Shown here piece after piece: positions 29,101 through 38,212 of a stretch of 64,000 bases of DNA; position 1 is the stretch's first letter, and each line of letters begins with the position of its first letter. Source of the DNA: a virus; the IMG/VR virus record IMGVR_UViG_3300043331_001086, positions 4,820 to 68,819 of that record; one strand, written 5' to 3'. The notes under the pieces are model-generated. The model did not search any database. It worked only from the letters and a program-made list of their open reading frames with translations, and had not been told where the DNA came from. Position numbers and translations under genes: made by a program.

Positions 29101-29784
29101 CTAGGCCGGGGTGGCCTTGAACACCCGGCGGGTCGCCACCTGCATGACCATCTGCGGGAGCGGGGTCGTGTAGATCTCGCCGGTCTCCGGGTCGGGTTCC
29201 TCGACCGTGGCCTGCACGTATCGCCATCCCTCCTCGGGCGGCAGGGGGACCGCGGCGTCGTCACCGGGGACGGCGGCCGCCTTGATCGCGGCCTTCGGCA
29301 CCTTCCGGACGGTCTCGATCTGCACGAACTCCTCGTGGCCGGTGTCGATGAGCGCGCCCGCCACGGCGTCGGTGTCGTCGGTGAGGAAGATCAACCGGGG
29401 CTGGCCGGGGCGCAACGTCACCTGCCCGGCGGGCAGCTTCCACGTCACCTGCCCGGTCGCGTCGTGGACCTGGCGGGCCCACCCTTCGAGCAGCGCGCCC
29501 ATCCGCTCGCGCTCCCCGTTGATGACCTCGAGCCGCTCGGCGGCCCACGCCTCGACCGCGGCCCGGCGGGCCTTGACCACCGAGTCGACCTCGGCGGCCT
29601 TCCGGTCGAGGCGACCGATGCGGGCGAGGAGACGATCTGCGACCTCGGCGTCGGGGGTGCCGGGCCCGAGCGTGTCGTCGTCGCCGGGGTCCGACAGGCC
29701 GATCAGCCAGTCGTCAAGATCGGTCTCAAGGGCCGGGTCGGTGACATACCCGACGTCCTGGTCGGGGTGGGGAACGACGGCCAT
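29101..29784 (-). CDS. Mu Gam-like host nuclease inhibitor
   Basis: coiled coil followed by TWKLPAGQVTLR and K.AIK; GGAGG RBS. Confidence 0.65.
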   Translation of the reverse strand: MAVVPHPDQDVGYVTDPALETDLDDWLIGLSDPGDDDTLGPGTPDAEVADRLLARIGRLDRKAAEVDSVVKARRAAVEAWAAERLEVINGERERMGALLEGWARQVHDATGQVTWKLPAGQVTLRPGQPRLIFLTDDTDAVAGALIDTGHEEFVQIETVRKVPKAAIKAAAVPGDDAAVPLPPEEGWRYVQATVEEPDPETGEIYTTPLPQMVMQVATRRVFKATPA

Positions 29785-30003
29785 GGGGCACCTCCGGGTG
29801 TCCGGATCGGGGGCCCACCATGTTAGCGCGCTGGGCCACGGTGGGGGTGGGTGTCCGGCTCCGGCCGGCGCGGTACTGTCCCCAACCGCTACCACGCGAA
29901 GCACCCCCCCGGATGGGCCAGGGGGGTGATCGACCAATGGAGGTGCTGTCTCCGTGGAACACTCTACTACCGCCGACCCTGTGACCTGCACCGGTCAACC
30001 GCT

Positions 30004-30783
30004 ATGACCGCCGGGGACGTGCAGCGAGTCCTCGACGGCTACCCCCACGGCGGCACCCGCAAGCTGATCCTCATCGGGATCGCGAATCACGACGGCGAGG
30101 GGGGCAGCTGGCCCGCGATCGAGACGCTCGCCAGCTACGCCGGAGTCACGCGCCGCAACGCCCAGAAGGCCATCCGGGTCCTCGAGGCCGAGGGGGTGCT
30201 GACCGTCGAGGCCAACGGTGGGGGCCACCGGAACACCCGGGCAGACCAGCGGTCGAACCTCTACGTGATCGACTACGACAGCCTCGGGGACGGGGTGTCG
30301 GTAGCGACACCTCGTACCGAACGGGGTGTCGCTGGCGACCCCAACGGGGTGTCGCTGGGGAGCCAACGGGGTGTCGCCACCGACGCGCGAACCCCCCAGA
30401 ACAAGAACAGAACCCCCCTACCCCTCGCGGGCCTGCCACCCATCCCTGACCGCGAGGGGCCAGACGGCGGACCGTACGCGCTGCGGATCATCGCGGAGCA
30501 ACGCTTCGAGAAGTGGTGGGAGGCCTACCCGAAACGCGACGGCAAACGCGTCGGTCGCGGAAAGTCCCACAAGATCTGGATGAGCCTCACGCCCGAGGAC
30601 CACGTGGCCGCGTGGAACGGCGTGCGCAACTACGCCCGGTCCGGGTGGCGGCCGAAGGACCCGGAGCGATGGCTCCGTGACCGATGCTGGGAGGAGTGGC
30701 AGGAGGCCGCGGTCCCGGACGGGCCCACCGGCAACGGCACCCAGGCCGTCGGCTACACCGGGCAGGGGCACTCATGGGCGTGA
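30004..30783 (+). CDS. replication initiator with N-terminal HTH
   Basis: KLILIGIANH..SWPAIETLA HTH; C-terminal FEKWWEAYPKR..P.RWL. Confidence 0.8.
   Translation: MTAGDVQRVLDGYPHGGTRKLILIGIANHDGEGGSWPAIETLASYAGVTRRNAQKAIRVLEAEGVLTVEANGGGHRNTRADQRSNLYVIDYDSLGDGVSVATPRTERGVAGDPNGVSLGSQRGVATDARTPQNKNRTPLPLAGLPPIPDREGPDGGPYALRIIAEQRFEKWWEAYPKRDGKRVGRGKSHKIWMSLTPEDHVAAWNGVRNYARSGWRPKDPERWLRDRCWEEWQEAAVPDGPTGNGTQAVGYTGQGHSWA
30290..30412 (+). repeat. iteron-like repeats, probable replication origin
   Basis: ACGGGGTGTCG at 30290, 30321, 30344 and 30366, followed by AGAACAAGAACAGAA. Confidence 0.7.
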
Positions 30784-32003
30784 AGGACACGCTCCCCGGC
30801 GACGACGCGGTTGAGCTCGCGGTGCTCGGCGACATGTTCAACCTCACCGAGGTGATCCCCGACGTCGCCGCGCTCCTGTCCGGCTCGGACTTCCGGAACC
30901 CGCTCATCGGCGCCGCGTTCGACATCATCGTCGCGGCCCACCGCGAGGGACGGGTGCTGGACGGCCCGATGCTCATGCACGAGCTCGATGCCGTGGGACG
31001 TCCCCCGGGCCCGGGATGGATCGCGGACATGATGTCGTCCGGGTCGGGTGCGTGGGAGGCCCACGCCCGCACCGTGATCGAGTACCGCGTCCGCCGCGAC
31101 GGGCTGGCCATCCTCCATGACGCCACCGTGGCCCTGCGCTCACACGCCGACCCCGAGGGGGTGCTCGGTGACCTCGTGACCCGCGTCGAGCGGATCGACC
31201 ATCCCCTCGGCCGGATTCCCGCCGGATGTCTCACCCTTGAGGACCACCTCGCCCGCGACGAGGAACACCTCGATGAGTGGGTAATCCCCGGGCTCCTGCG
31301 GCGCGGCTGGCGCGTGCTGGTCGTCGCCGGGGAGGGCGGCGGCAAGTCCATGCTCCTGCGCCAGTTCGCGGTGCTCGCCTCCACCGGGATCCACCCCCTC
31401 GGCTACACCCCGATCGGCCACTGCAACCGGGTGCTTCTCGTGGACCTCGAGAATCCGATCGGCGGGATGCGCCGGTCCCTGCGCAACATCCGCGGCGCGG
31501 TCGGCGCCGACTTCGAGCCCGGGAACGTGTTCGTGTGGTCCGAGCCCCGCGGCATCGACATCAACTCACGGCAGGGCCGGCGCGACCTTGAGGCCGCGAT
31601 CCAGAACGCGTCCCCGTCCCTGGTGCTCATCGGCCCGGCCTACAAGCTGTACCGCCGGCACGGCCGCCAGACCGACGAGGAGGCCGTCGCCGACGTGCAG
31701 GCCGTGCTCGATGACCTCCGGATCCGCTACGGGTTCGCGACGATGATCGAGCACCACGCCCCCCACGGCTACGCCGGCACCCGGGACATGCGCCCGGTCG
31801 GCACGTCGCTGTGGCTCCGCTGGCCCGAGCTCGGCTTCGGCCTGGTCCCCGAGAAGAAAGAGCGCCCGTACCCCGTGCTCGTCCAGCGCTGGCGCGCCGA
31901 CCGCGACGCGAACAACTCATGGCCGTCGAAGCTGGACAAGGGGGACCGGTACCCGTGGCTCGGGATCTGGCCCGACGCGTCGTGGTCCCAGGAACAGTTC
32001 TGA
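30774..32003 (+). CDS. DnaB/RepA-like replicative helicase
   Basis: DnaB-like N-terminus, Walker A GEGGGKS, VDLEN, HH and GTS motifs. Confidence 0.85.
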   Translation: MGVKDTLPGDDAVELAVLGDMFNLTEVIPDVAALLSGSDFRNPLIGAAFDIIVAAHREGRVLDGPMLMHELDAVGRPPGPGWIADMMSSGSGAWEAHARTVIEYRVRRDGLAILHDATVALRSHADPEGVLGDLVTRVERIDHPLGRIPAGCLTLEDHLARDEEHLDEWVIPGLLRRGWRVLVVAGEGGGKSMLLRQFAVLASTGIHPLGYTPIGHCNRVLLVDLENPIGGMRRSLRNIRGAVGADFEPGNVFVWSEPRGIDINSRQGRRDLEAAIQNASPSLVLIGPAYKLYRRHGRQTDEEAVADVQAVLDDLRIRYGFATMIEHHAPHGYAGTRDMRPVGTSLWLRWPELGFGLVPEKKERPYPVLVQRWRADRDANNSWPSKLDKGDRYPWLGIWPDASWSQEQF

Positions 32004-32260
32004 TGCCCATGCCCACCGGACCCCGGCTCGTCGTGGAGTGGGCCGACGGCCAGCTGACCCAGCCCCTGCCCCTCCCCGCGGGGATGACCCCCTGCGAGTG
32101 GGTCGCCCGGCTCGGCGAGGTGCTCGGGCCCGACCGCCGGGTCGCGGCCTGGTCCGTGCACCCCGGGAACCCAGCGCGCTAATGTGGGTGGTGGTCGGGG
32201 GGTGACGGGTTGCGGCCGAGCCCCCTGGCCACCTCAACCCCTCGACGCCGTGGAGGCACG

Positions 32261-32500
32261 ATGACCACCCGCACCCGCACGATGCCCGACCCGACGCAAC
32301 GCACCGTCGTGAGCGTGAACCTCGAAGCCCCGATCCACGCCGAGCGCGTGACCCTGGTCGTGCACGAGCGGCCCCTCGACCTCGGCGAGCCCCTCGAGCG
32401 CGTGGAGGTGGCCCTCACGTGGGGCCAGACCCGGGCCCTGTTCCACAACCTCGCGTCGATCCTCACGACCGAAATGTCCGTCCGCGAGGAGGAGGCGTGA
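32261..32500 (+). CDS. hypothetical protein
   Basis: GGAGG RBS downstream of a promoter motif. Confidence 0.55.
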   Translation: MTTRTRTMPDPTQRTVVSVNLEAPIHAERVTLVVHERPLDLGEPLERVEVALTWGQTRALFHNLASILTTEMSVREEEA

Positions 32501-33216
32501 CCGACACCCAGGTCCGGCCCCTCACGAAACACCCGGCGAAGTTCTCCGTCCCCATCCTCGACGTCCTCGACGCGCTGGTCCGCCGTGAGCAGCGCCGCCT
32601 CGGCCGACGGATCACCGTGTTCGACCCCTTCGCCGGGGTCGGCCGGGTCCACCGGCTCAAGGGGCCCCGGGTCGACACGTACGGCATGGAGATCGAGCCC
32701 GAGTGGGCGGCCTGTCACAGCGCCACGACGTGCGGTGACTCCCTCCGGTACATGCACCAGACCACCCAACGCTTCGACGTGGTGGTCACCTCCCCGTGCT
32801 ACGGCAACCGGCTGGCCGACCACCACGACGCCCAGGACGGGTCGACGCGCCGGTCCTACACCCACGACCTCGGCCGGGCACCCACCGAAGGGTCATCGGC
32901 CACGCTCCCGTGGGGCCCCCGGTACTGGGCGTTCCACGCCCACGCCTGGCGCCTCGTGCCCAACATCCTGCGCCCGGCTGACCCCGAGGCCGACGACGAC
33001 GGCGGCCTGTTCATCCTGAACGTCTCGGACTTCGTGAGCCGCAAGCAGCTGGTGCACGCGGCCGAGTGGCACGACGGCGCGTGCTGGGCCGCCGGGTTCG
33101 TCCGGTCCACCCGCGACCGCCGGTCCATCGAGACCCGGCGCCTGCGGGTCGGCCAGAACTACGAGGCCCGCGCCGCCTACGAGACCGTGCTCACCTACCG
33201 AGTGGGGGCCCTGTGA
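32497..33216 (+). CDS. amino (N4-C/N6-A) DNA methyltransferase
   Basis: HPAKF, FDPFAGVG, VTSPCY. Confidence 0.8.
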   Translation: MTDTQVRPLTKHPAKFSVPILDVLDALVRREQRRLGRRITVFDPFAGVGRVHRLKGPRVDTYGMEIEPEWAACHSATTCGDSLRYMHQTTQRFDVVVTSPCYGNRLADHHDAQDGSTRRSYTHDLGRAPTEGSSATLPWGPRYWAFHAHAWRLVPNILRPADPEADDDGGLFILNVSDFVSRKQLVHAAEWHDGACWAAGFVRSTRDRRSIETRRLRVGQNYEARAAYETVLTYRVGAL

Positions 33217-33572
33217 TGGACGAGACCCGCGTCACCAGCCTGGTCCACGACCTCGTGGACAACATGTCGTCGGTGAGCCCCGGCGCCGAGGACTTCCTCG
33301 TAGACACCGAGTGGGCCCTCGCCCTCATCGACGCCGCGCTCAACTCCGACCCCGACCCCGCCGAGGACGACGACCCCCGGTGGACCTCCGGTGAGCACGC
33401 GGTCGTGGCCGTCCACGACCTCGAGCGCGAGCCCGCCGAGGTGGAGTGCCCCGAGTGCGGCGAGACCTACCCGGCCGACGACGGCACCCTCGACCCGACC
33501 AGCCAGCTTGAGGTGTGCGTGCCCTGCGCCGACCGCCTCGGCCTACTCGAAGGGACACCTCCATGCGCCTGA
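33216..33572 (+). CDS. hypothetical protein with CxxC pairs
   Basis: CPEC..CVPC; coupled start. Confidence 0.55.
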   Translation: MDETRVTSLVHDLVDNMSSVSPGAEDFLVDTEWALALIDAALNSDPDPAEDDDPRWTSGEHAVVAVHDLEREPAEVECPECGETYPADDGTLDPTSQLEVCVPCADRLGLLEGTPPCA

Positions 33573-33784
33573 CCATCGGAGCCCCCGGCGGGCTCACCGT
33601 CGGTCTCGATGAGTCCCGCAACGTGGTCATCGTGGAACCCCGCCTCGGGGGGACCGGGGAACACGTGATCACCGTCACCGACGCCGCCGGGCTCGCGCGG
33701 GCCCTCGACCTCGCGCTCGTGCAGCGCGACTACCTCGACACCCTCGACGCCCTCGACCGGGAGACCACCACCCATGCCCCTTGA
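33563..33784 (+). CDS. hypothetical protein
   Basis: overlaps neighbours in the operon. Confidence 0.5.
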   Translation: MRLTIGAPGGLTVGLDESRNVVIVEPRLGGTGEHVITVTDAAGLARALDLALVQRDYLDTLDALDRETTTHAP

Positions 33785-34247
33785 CCTCCACCAGTTCCAG
33801 CAAGAAGTCGGCGCCTGGCAGGCCGCCACGTTCCCCGGCCACAACTCGCCGCTCGTCAAGGCCGGGAAGGTGACCGAGGAAGCCGGGGAGGTGATGGGCG
33901 CGGTCATCAAGTTCCTCGACGGCCGGCGCGGTCTCGTGTCCGTCGCCGAGGAAGGGGCCGACCTCGTGGTCGCGCTCGCCGGCCTGTTCGAGCTCCTCGG
34001 CATCGACCTCGACGTCGCGGTCCACGAGCACTGGGCCACCGTGCGGCTCCGGGACAACGGGACGGCCATGGCCCGGTCCCGGACCATCCCCGTCGATGAC
34101 ACCGCGGGGTGGCTGGACGACCAGATCGTCTACTGGCGCCGCAAGGCCCTCGACACCCGCGACGCCACCGCCCAGGCCGTGTGCTCGGCGCGCGTCGACA
34201 CCCTGCAGACGATCCGGCTGCGGGTCGTCGGGGTCACGCTGCCATGA
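33774..34247 (+). CDS. MazG-like nucleotide pyrophosphohydrolase
   Basis: EEAGEV..EEGAD motif. Confidence 0.8.
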   Translation: MPLDLHQFQQEVGAWQAATFPGHNSPLVKAGKVTEEAGEVMGAVIKFLDGRRGLVSVAEEGADLVVALAGLFELLGIDLDVAVHEHWATVRLRDNGTAMARSRTIPVDDTAGWLDDQIVYWRRKALDTRDATAQAVCSARVDTLQTIRLRVVGVTLP

Positions 34248-34705
34248 GCCGCCTGTCCCGCCGCACCCCGCTGAGCCGCGGCGCGCCCCTGGCACGAGGG
34301 GCGGCCCCGGCCCGCCGGACCCCGCTGGCCCGCACCGGCCGGGTCAAGCCGGTCTCGGACAAGCGCGAACGAGACGCCGTGATCCGCCAGTCGGTCACGA
34401 CCTGGGTGCTCCGACGCGACCGTTCCTGCATCCTGCGGGTCTGGCCCCCCGGGACCGTCGTCCCCCCGTGCATGGGCCCCCTCACCCCCCACCACATTCG
34501 GAAGGCGAGCCAGGGTGGCCCGTGGTCCCTGGCGAACATCATCACCCTCTGCGCCCGGCACAACGACTGGCTCGAAGAGGCCGACGGCGCCCGGTTCGGC
34601 CGCCGGGTCGGGCTCGTCGCCCGCCGGGAGGACGACCTCCCCACGTGCTGGACACGGCTGACCTCGGCCGGGCTCGTGGACTACGGCCCCGAGGAGATCC
34701 CGTGA
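34244..34705 (+). CDS. HNH endonuclease-like protein
   Basis: RRTPL N-terminus, HHIRKASQGG..NIITLCARHN. Confidence 0.75.
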   Translation: MSRLSRRTPLSRGAPLARGAAPARRTPLARTGRVKPVSDKRERDAVIRQSVTTWVLRRDRSCILRVWPPGTVVPPCMGPLTPHHIRKASQGGPWSLANIITLCARHNDWLEEADGARFGRRVGLVARREDDLPTCWTRLTSAGLVDYGPEEIP

Positions 34706-34839
34706 CCCGCGCGCTCGAGGCCGCCGCGTTGGGGGCCCTGGCGCTCCTGGTGGCCGCCGCCATCAACCTGGGGGTCACCGTCACCACCGATCCCGCGCCG
34801 GCCCCCCAGCGGGCCTACGGCGCCGCCCTGCCGTGACCC

Positions 34840-35301
34840 ATGACCCGCGCCAACCCCACGCCCGAGCGCGAATTCCAGCGCACGATCGTGGACCTGCTCG
34901 ACACGTTCGGCTACGCCGTCGACCATACCTACCCGCTCCGCACCCAGCACGGCTGGCGCACCGGATCGACGCTCGTGGGCAAGCCGGACCTCCTCGCGAT
35001 CCGTCCCCCACGGATCCTGGCCATCGAGGTGAAGGGTGAACACACCCGAGTCGAACCGGAGCAGATCGCGTGCCTGAGCCTGTTCGCCGAGGTGCCGTGC
35101 GCCCGGGCGTGGCTCATCCGCCCGTCGGATCCCTGGTCCGACCTCGTGGCGTGGGTGCGCCGCCCGAAGCTGGCACCGGCGACGTTCGGGTTCGACCCGA
35201 TCACGGTGGGGGAGGCCCGCCGGGTGCTGCGCGAGGCCCGGCGCCGCAAGGCCGCCCGCCGGGACGCGCCACTCCCCGGGAAGCGGTCGCGGCGTGGCTG
35301 A
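34840..35301 (+). CDS. VRR-NUC/PD-(D/E)xK nuclease
   Basis: EREFQ..GKPDL..IEVK..EQ..RPSD. Confidence 0.8.
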   Translation: MTRANPTPEREFQRTIVDLLDTFGYAVDHTYPLRTQHGWRTGSTLVGKPDLLAIRPPRILAIEVKGEHTRVEPEQIACLSLFAEVPCARAWLIRPSDPWSDLVAWVRRPKLAPATFGFDPITVGEARRVLREARRRKAARRDAPLPGKRSRRG

Positions 35302-35552
35302 CATGGACCGAGGCCCGGCACGCGGCCCGTGTCACCACGGGCTCCCGGGACCCGCTACGTGCCGCCCTCGCGGCCTGGTGGGCCGAGCAGGGGTTCCCAC
35401 CCCTCGACCGCCTCACCGACGCCCAGGCGCACGCCGTGCTGGACGAGATCGCACGCATCGAGTGGTCCACCCGCCCGTTCACCCCCGACCCCGACCCCAC
35501 CCACTAACCTAAGCGCGCTGGTGTGACCCCCCAGCCCGAGAGAGGAGCCCCC

Positions 35553-35915
35553 ATGGGACTGCAACCGTTCGAGAATCACGACGTCATCTCGTCGGGAGTC
35601 GAGATGCCCGGCGCGTCCGGTGGTCTGAACAAGGCCCTGCGCGTCAGCGAGCTCGAACTCCACCACGGCGACCCGGTGACGCTGGTCCTCGACTGCGTGG
35701 TCAAGAAGGTCCGGTTCGACCCCCTGGGTGACACCGAGGCCCTCGACCGCGTGCACGTCCTCACCGTCGAAAACGCCGTGCCGATCGACCGGAAGGCCGT
35801 CGCCCAGGCTCTGGACAAGCAGCGCGAGTTGCAGGACCAGGCCGCCGGGGTGCACCGCCTCCCGATGGACGACCCCGACGCCCCGGACGACCCGGACGCG
35901 CCCGACCAGGAGTAG
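35553..35915 (+). CDS. hypothetical protein
   Basis: AGGAG RBS; promoter motif upstream. Confidence 0.6.
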   Translation: MGLQPFENHDVISSGVEMPGASGGLNKALRVSELELHHGDPVTLVLDCVVKKVRFDPLGDTEALDRVHVLTVENAVPIDRKAVAQALDKQRELQDQAAGVHRLPMDDPDAPDDPDAPDQE

Positions 35916-35924
35916 CCCGCCACC

Positions 35925-36218
35925 GTGATGACCGAGATCCCAGCCGAACCCCATCCCCTCGCGGACGTCCCCGACGACCAGCTGTGGGCCGACCTCGCCG
36001 AGGTGTGCGCGCGCATCAACGCCCACGACGACGACCTGGCCCGTCGGCTGGACCTCTACGAGGCCCTGCGGGAACGAGGCGTGTTCGTGAAGGACATCGC
36101 CGAGGTGGCCGGGGTCACCCCCAACGCCGTCACGTGGGCGCTCACGAAGGCCGAGCGCGAACGGGCCGGCACATGGACCCGGAGCCCGGCGAAGCGTAAG
36201 CGGAAGCGTGCCGGGTGA
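35925..36218 (+). CDS. HTH DNA-binding protein
   Basis: VKDIAEVAGVTPNAV. Confidence 0.7.
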   Translation: MMTEIPAEPHPLADVPDDQLWADLAEVCARINAHDDDLARRLDLYEALRERGVFVKDIAEVAGVTPNAVTWALTKAERERAGTWTRSPAKRKRKRAG

Positions 36219-36255
36219 CATGGCCCCCTCAACCCCAACAGGAAGGACCAACCCC

Positions 36256-36579
36256 ATGAGCAAGCACACCACCGACGTCGAGGTGTCCGACCGCATAGCG
36301 GTCACCCGCGTCGGCCGCAACGGCTCCGAGTGGGCCCTCTACCCCGGCGCCGCCGGGACCGTCACCGAGGTGCTCCCCGGTGCCCTGATCGTGGCGTGGG
36401 ACGACCCGGCCCTGGCCGCCCACGAGGTGCCGCTGTGTGTCGGGATGGGTGACGCCTGGGCGGTCACCGACCCGGCCGCCCCACGGCCCCCACGCCGCGG
36501 GTTCCTCGACCGGCTCCGGGGGTGGCTCAACCCCCCCGCCGAGGCCCCGTCGATGATCGAGACGGGGCTGACCCAGTGA
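36256..36579 (+). CDS. hypothetical protein
   Basis: GGAAGG RBS preceded by TCAACCCC. Confidence 0.55.
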   Translation: MSKHTTDVEVSDRIAVTRVGRNGSEWALYPGAAGTVTEVLPGALIVAWDDPALAAHEVPLCVGMGDAWAVTDPAAPRPPRRGFLDRLRGWLNPPAEAPSMIETGLTQ

Positions 36580-36694
36580 ACCGGCCCGTCGGCATCGCCC
36601 TCGGACTCGGCGCGCTCCTCGCCGCGGCGGCCGTCGGCGCCGTCGCCGGCGCGACGTACGTCATCGTGCGCGACTCCCTCGAGGGGCGGGGGTG

Positions 36695-38212
36695 ATGGCA
36701 GTGGCCGTCCGCCCCATCCCCACCGCCGGACCACACCGGCCCACCGTCGAGCAGACAGCGGTGATGGACCTGTTCAAGTCCGGCCGGGACATGGTGATCC
36801 AGGCTGGCGCGGGCACCGGCAAGACCACCACCCTCGGGATGCTGGCACGCACGACCTCGCGGCACGGGTGCTACGTCGCGTTCAACAAGAGCGCCGCCCA
36901 GGACGCCGACCGCGCCATGCCGGTCACCGTCCAGTCCTCGACCATGCACTCCCTCGCCTACCGGGCCCTCAACGCCGAGCTCGGCATCTGGCAACGGCTC
37001 AACGACGCGAAGCGGATGCCGTCGGCCCGGCTCGCTAAGCGCCTCGGGATCGGGCCCGTCCACGTGACGATCCCCGGGGCCCCGGTGAAGGTGCTCGCGC
37101 CCGCGCTCCTCGCCGGGCACGTCATGCGCGCCCTGCGCCGGTTCTGCGAGTCCGCCGCCGAGTCACCCGGCCCCGAGCACTTCCCGTACCTCCACGGGAT
37201 CGACGTCCACGACGCCGACGGCGTGCACGGGAACGTGAACAACCGCCAGCTGGCCTACCACCTCCTTGAGCCCCTCACGAAGGCCTGGGACGACGTGCGC
37301 GGCCCGGCGATGCTGGTGCCGTTCGCGCACGAGCACTACCTCAAGATCTGGCAGCTACGGAACCCCCAGCTGCCCGGCGAGTTCGTCCTGTTCGATGAGG
37401 CCCAGGACGCGAACGGCGTGATGCTCGCGGTCCTCGCCGCGCAGACCGGCAAGCAGATGGTCTACGTCGGCGACAGCCAACAGCAGATCTACGAGTGGCG
37501 GGGCGCGATCAACGCCCTCGACCAGTTCGAGGGGGAACAGCGGTGGCTGTCCCAGTCGTTCCGGTTCGGGCCCGCCGCGGCCGAGCTCGCGAACGTGATC
37601 CTCGCCCGCCTCGACTCCCCCCTGCGCCTGCGGGGCACCCCGTCCCTGGCGACCCGCGTCGGCCGGTGCGACCGGCCCCGGGCGGTGCTGTGCCGGTCGA
37701 ACGCCACGGCGGTGAACGTCCTCCTCGGCGTGCAGCGCGAGGGGCGCACCGGCCACCTGGTCGGCGGTGACCGGGAGTTGATCCGGTTCGCGACCGCGGC
37801 CGCGAAGCTGCAAGCCGGCGAGAAGGTGACGCACCCGGACCTCGCGTGCTTCGACTCGTGGCGCGAGGTGCAGGCCTACGTCGACCAGGACCCCGCCGGG
37901 GACGACCTCCGGATGATGGTCAAGCTCCTCGATGACTACGGCGTGCAGATCGTCCTCGACGCGCTCGACGGCGCGATCGGCGAGGACGGCGCGGACGTGA
38001 TCATCTCGACCGCGCACCGGGCGAAGGGGCGGGAGTGGCCGTCGGTCAGCCTGGCGACGGACTTCGACCCCCCACGCGACGGCGACGGGAACCGGCTCTG
38101 GGAGCTACAGGCCCCGGAGTGGCGGCTCCTCTACGTGGCCTGCACCCGGGCCCGGGAGGTGCTCGACATCACCCGGTGCGAGGCCGTGTCCGACCTGGCG
38201 GCGGGCCGATGA
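36695..38212 (+). CDS. UvrD/Rep-like SF1 helicase
   Basis: AGAGTGKT, DEAQD, VGD..QQIY.WRGA, SFRFG, STAHRAKGREW, YVACTRAR. Confidence 0.92.
   Translation: MAVAVRPIPTAGPHRPTVEQTAVMDLFKSGRDMVIQAGAGTGKTTTLGMLARTTSRHGCYVAFNKSAAQDADRAMPVTVQSSTMHSLAYRALNAELGIWQRLNDAKRMPSARLAKRLGIGPVHVTIPGAPVKVLAPALLAGHVMRALRRFCESAAESPGPEHFPYLHGIDVHDADGVHGNVNNRQLAYHLLEPLTKAWDDVRGPAMLVPFAHEHYLKIWQLRNPQLPGEFVLFDEAQDANGVMLAVLAAQTGKQMVYVGDSQQQIYEWRGAINALDQFEGEQRWLSQSFRFGPAAAELANVILARLDSPLRLRGTPSLATRVGRCDRPRAVLCRSNATAVNVLLGVQREGRTGHLVGGDRELIRFATAAAKLQAGEKVTHPDLACFDSWREVQAYVDQDPAGDDLRMMVKLLDDYGVQIVLDALDGAIGEDGADVIISTAHRAKGREWPSVSLATDFDPPRDGDGNRLWELQAPEWRLLYVACTRAREVLDITRCEAVSDLAAGR

Noticed and set aside
35070-35507. ORF between the VRR-NUC gene and 35553
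   Set aside because: The C-terminal part looks coding, but I could not place a credible start, so it is not annotated
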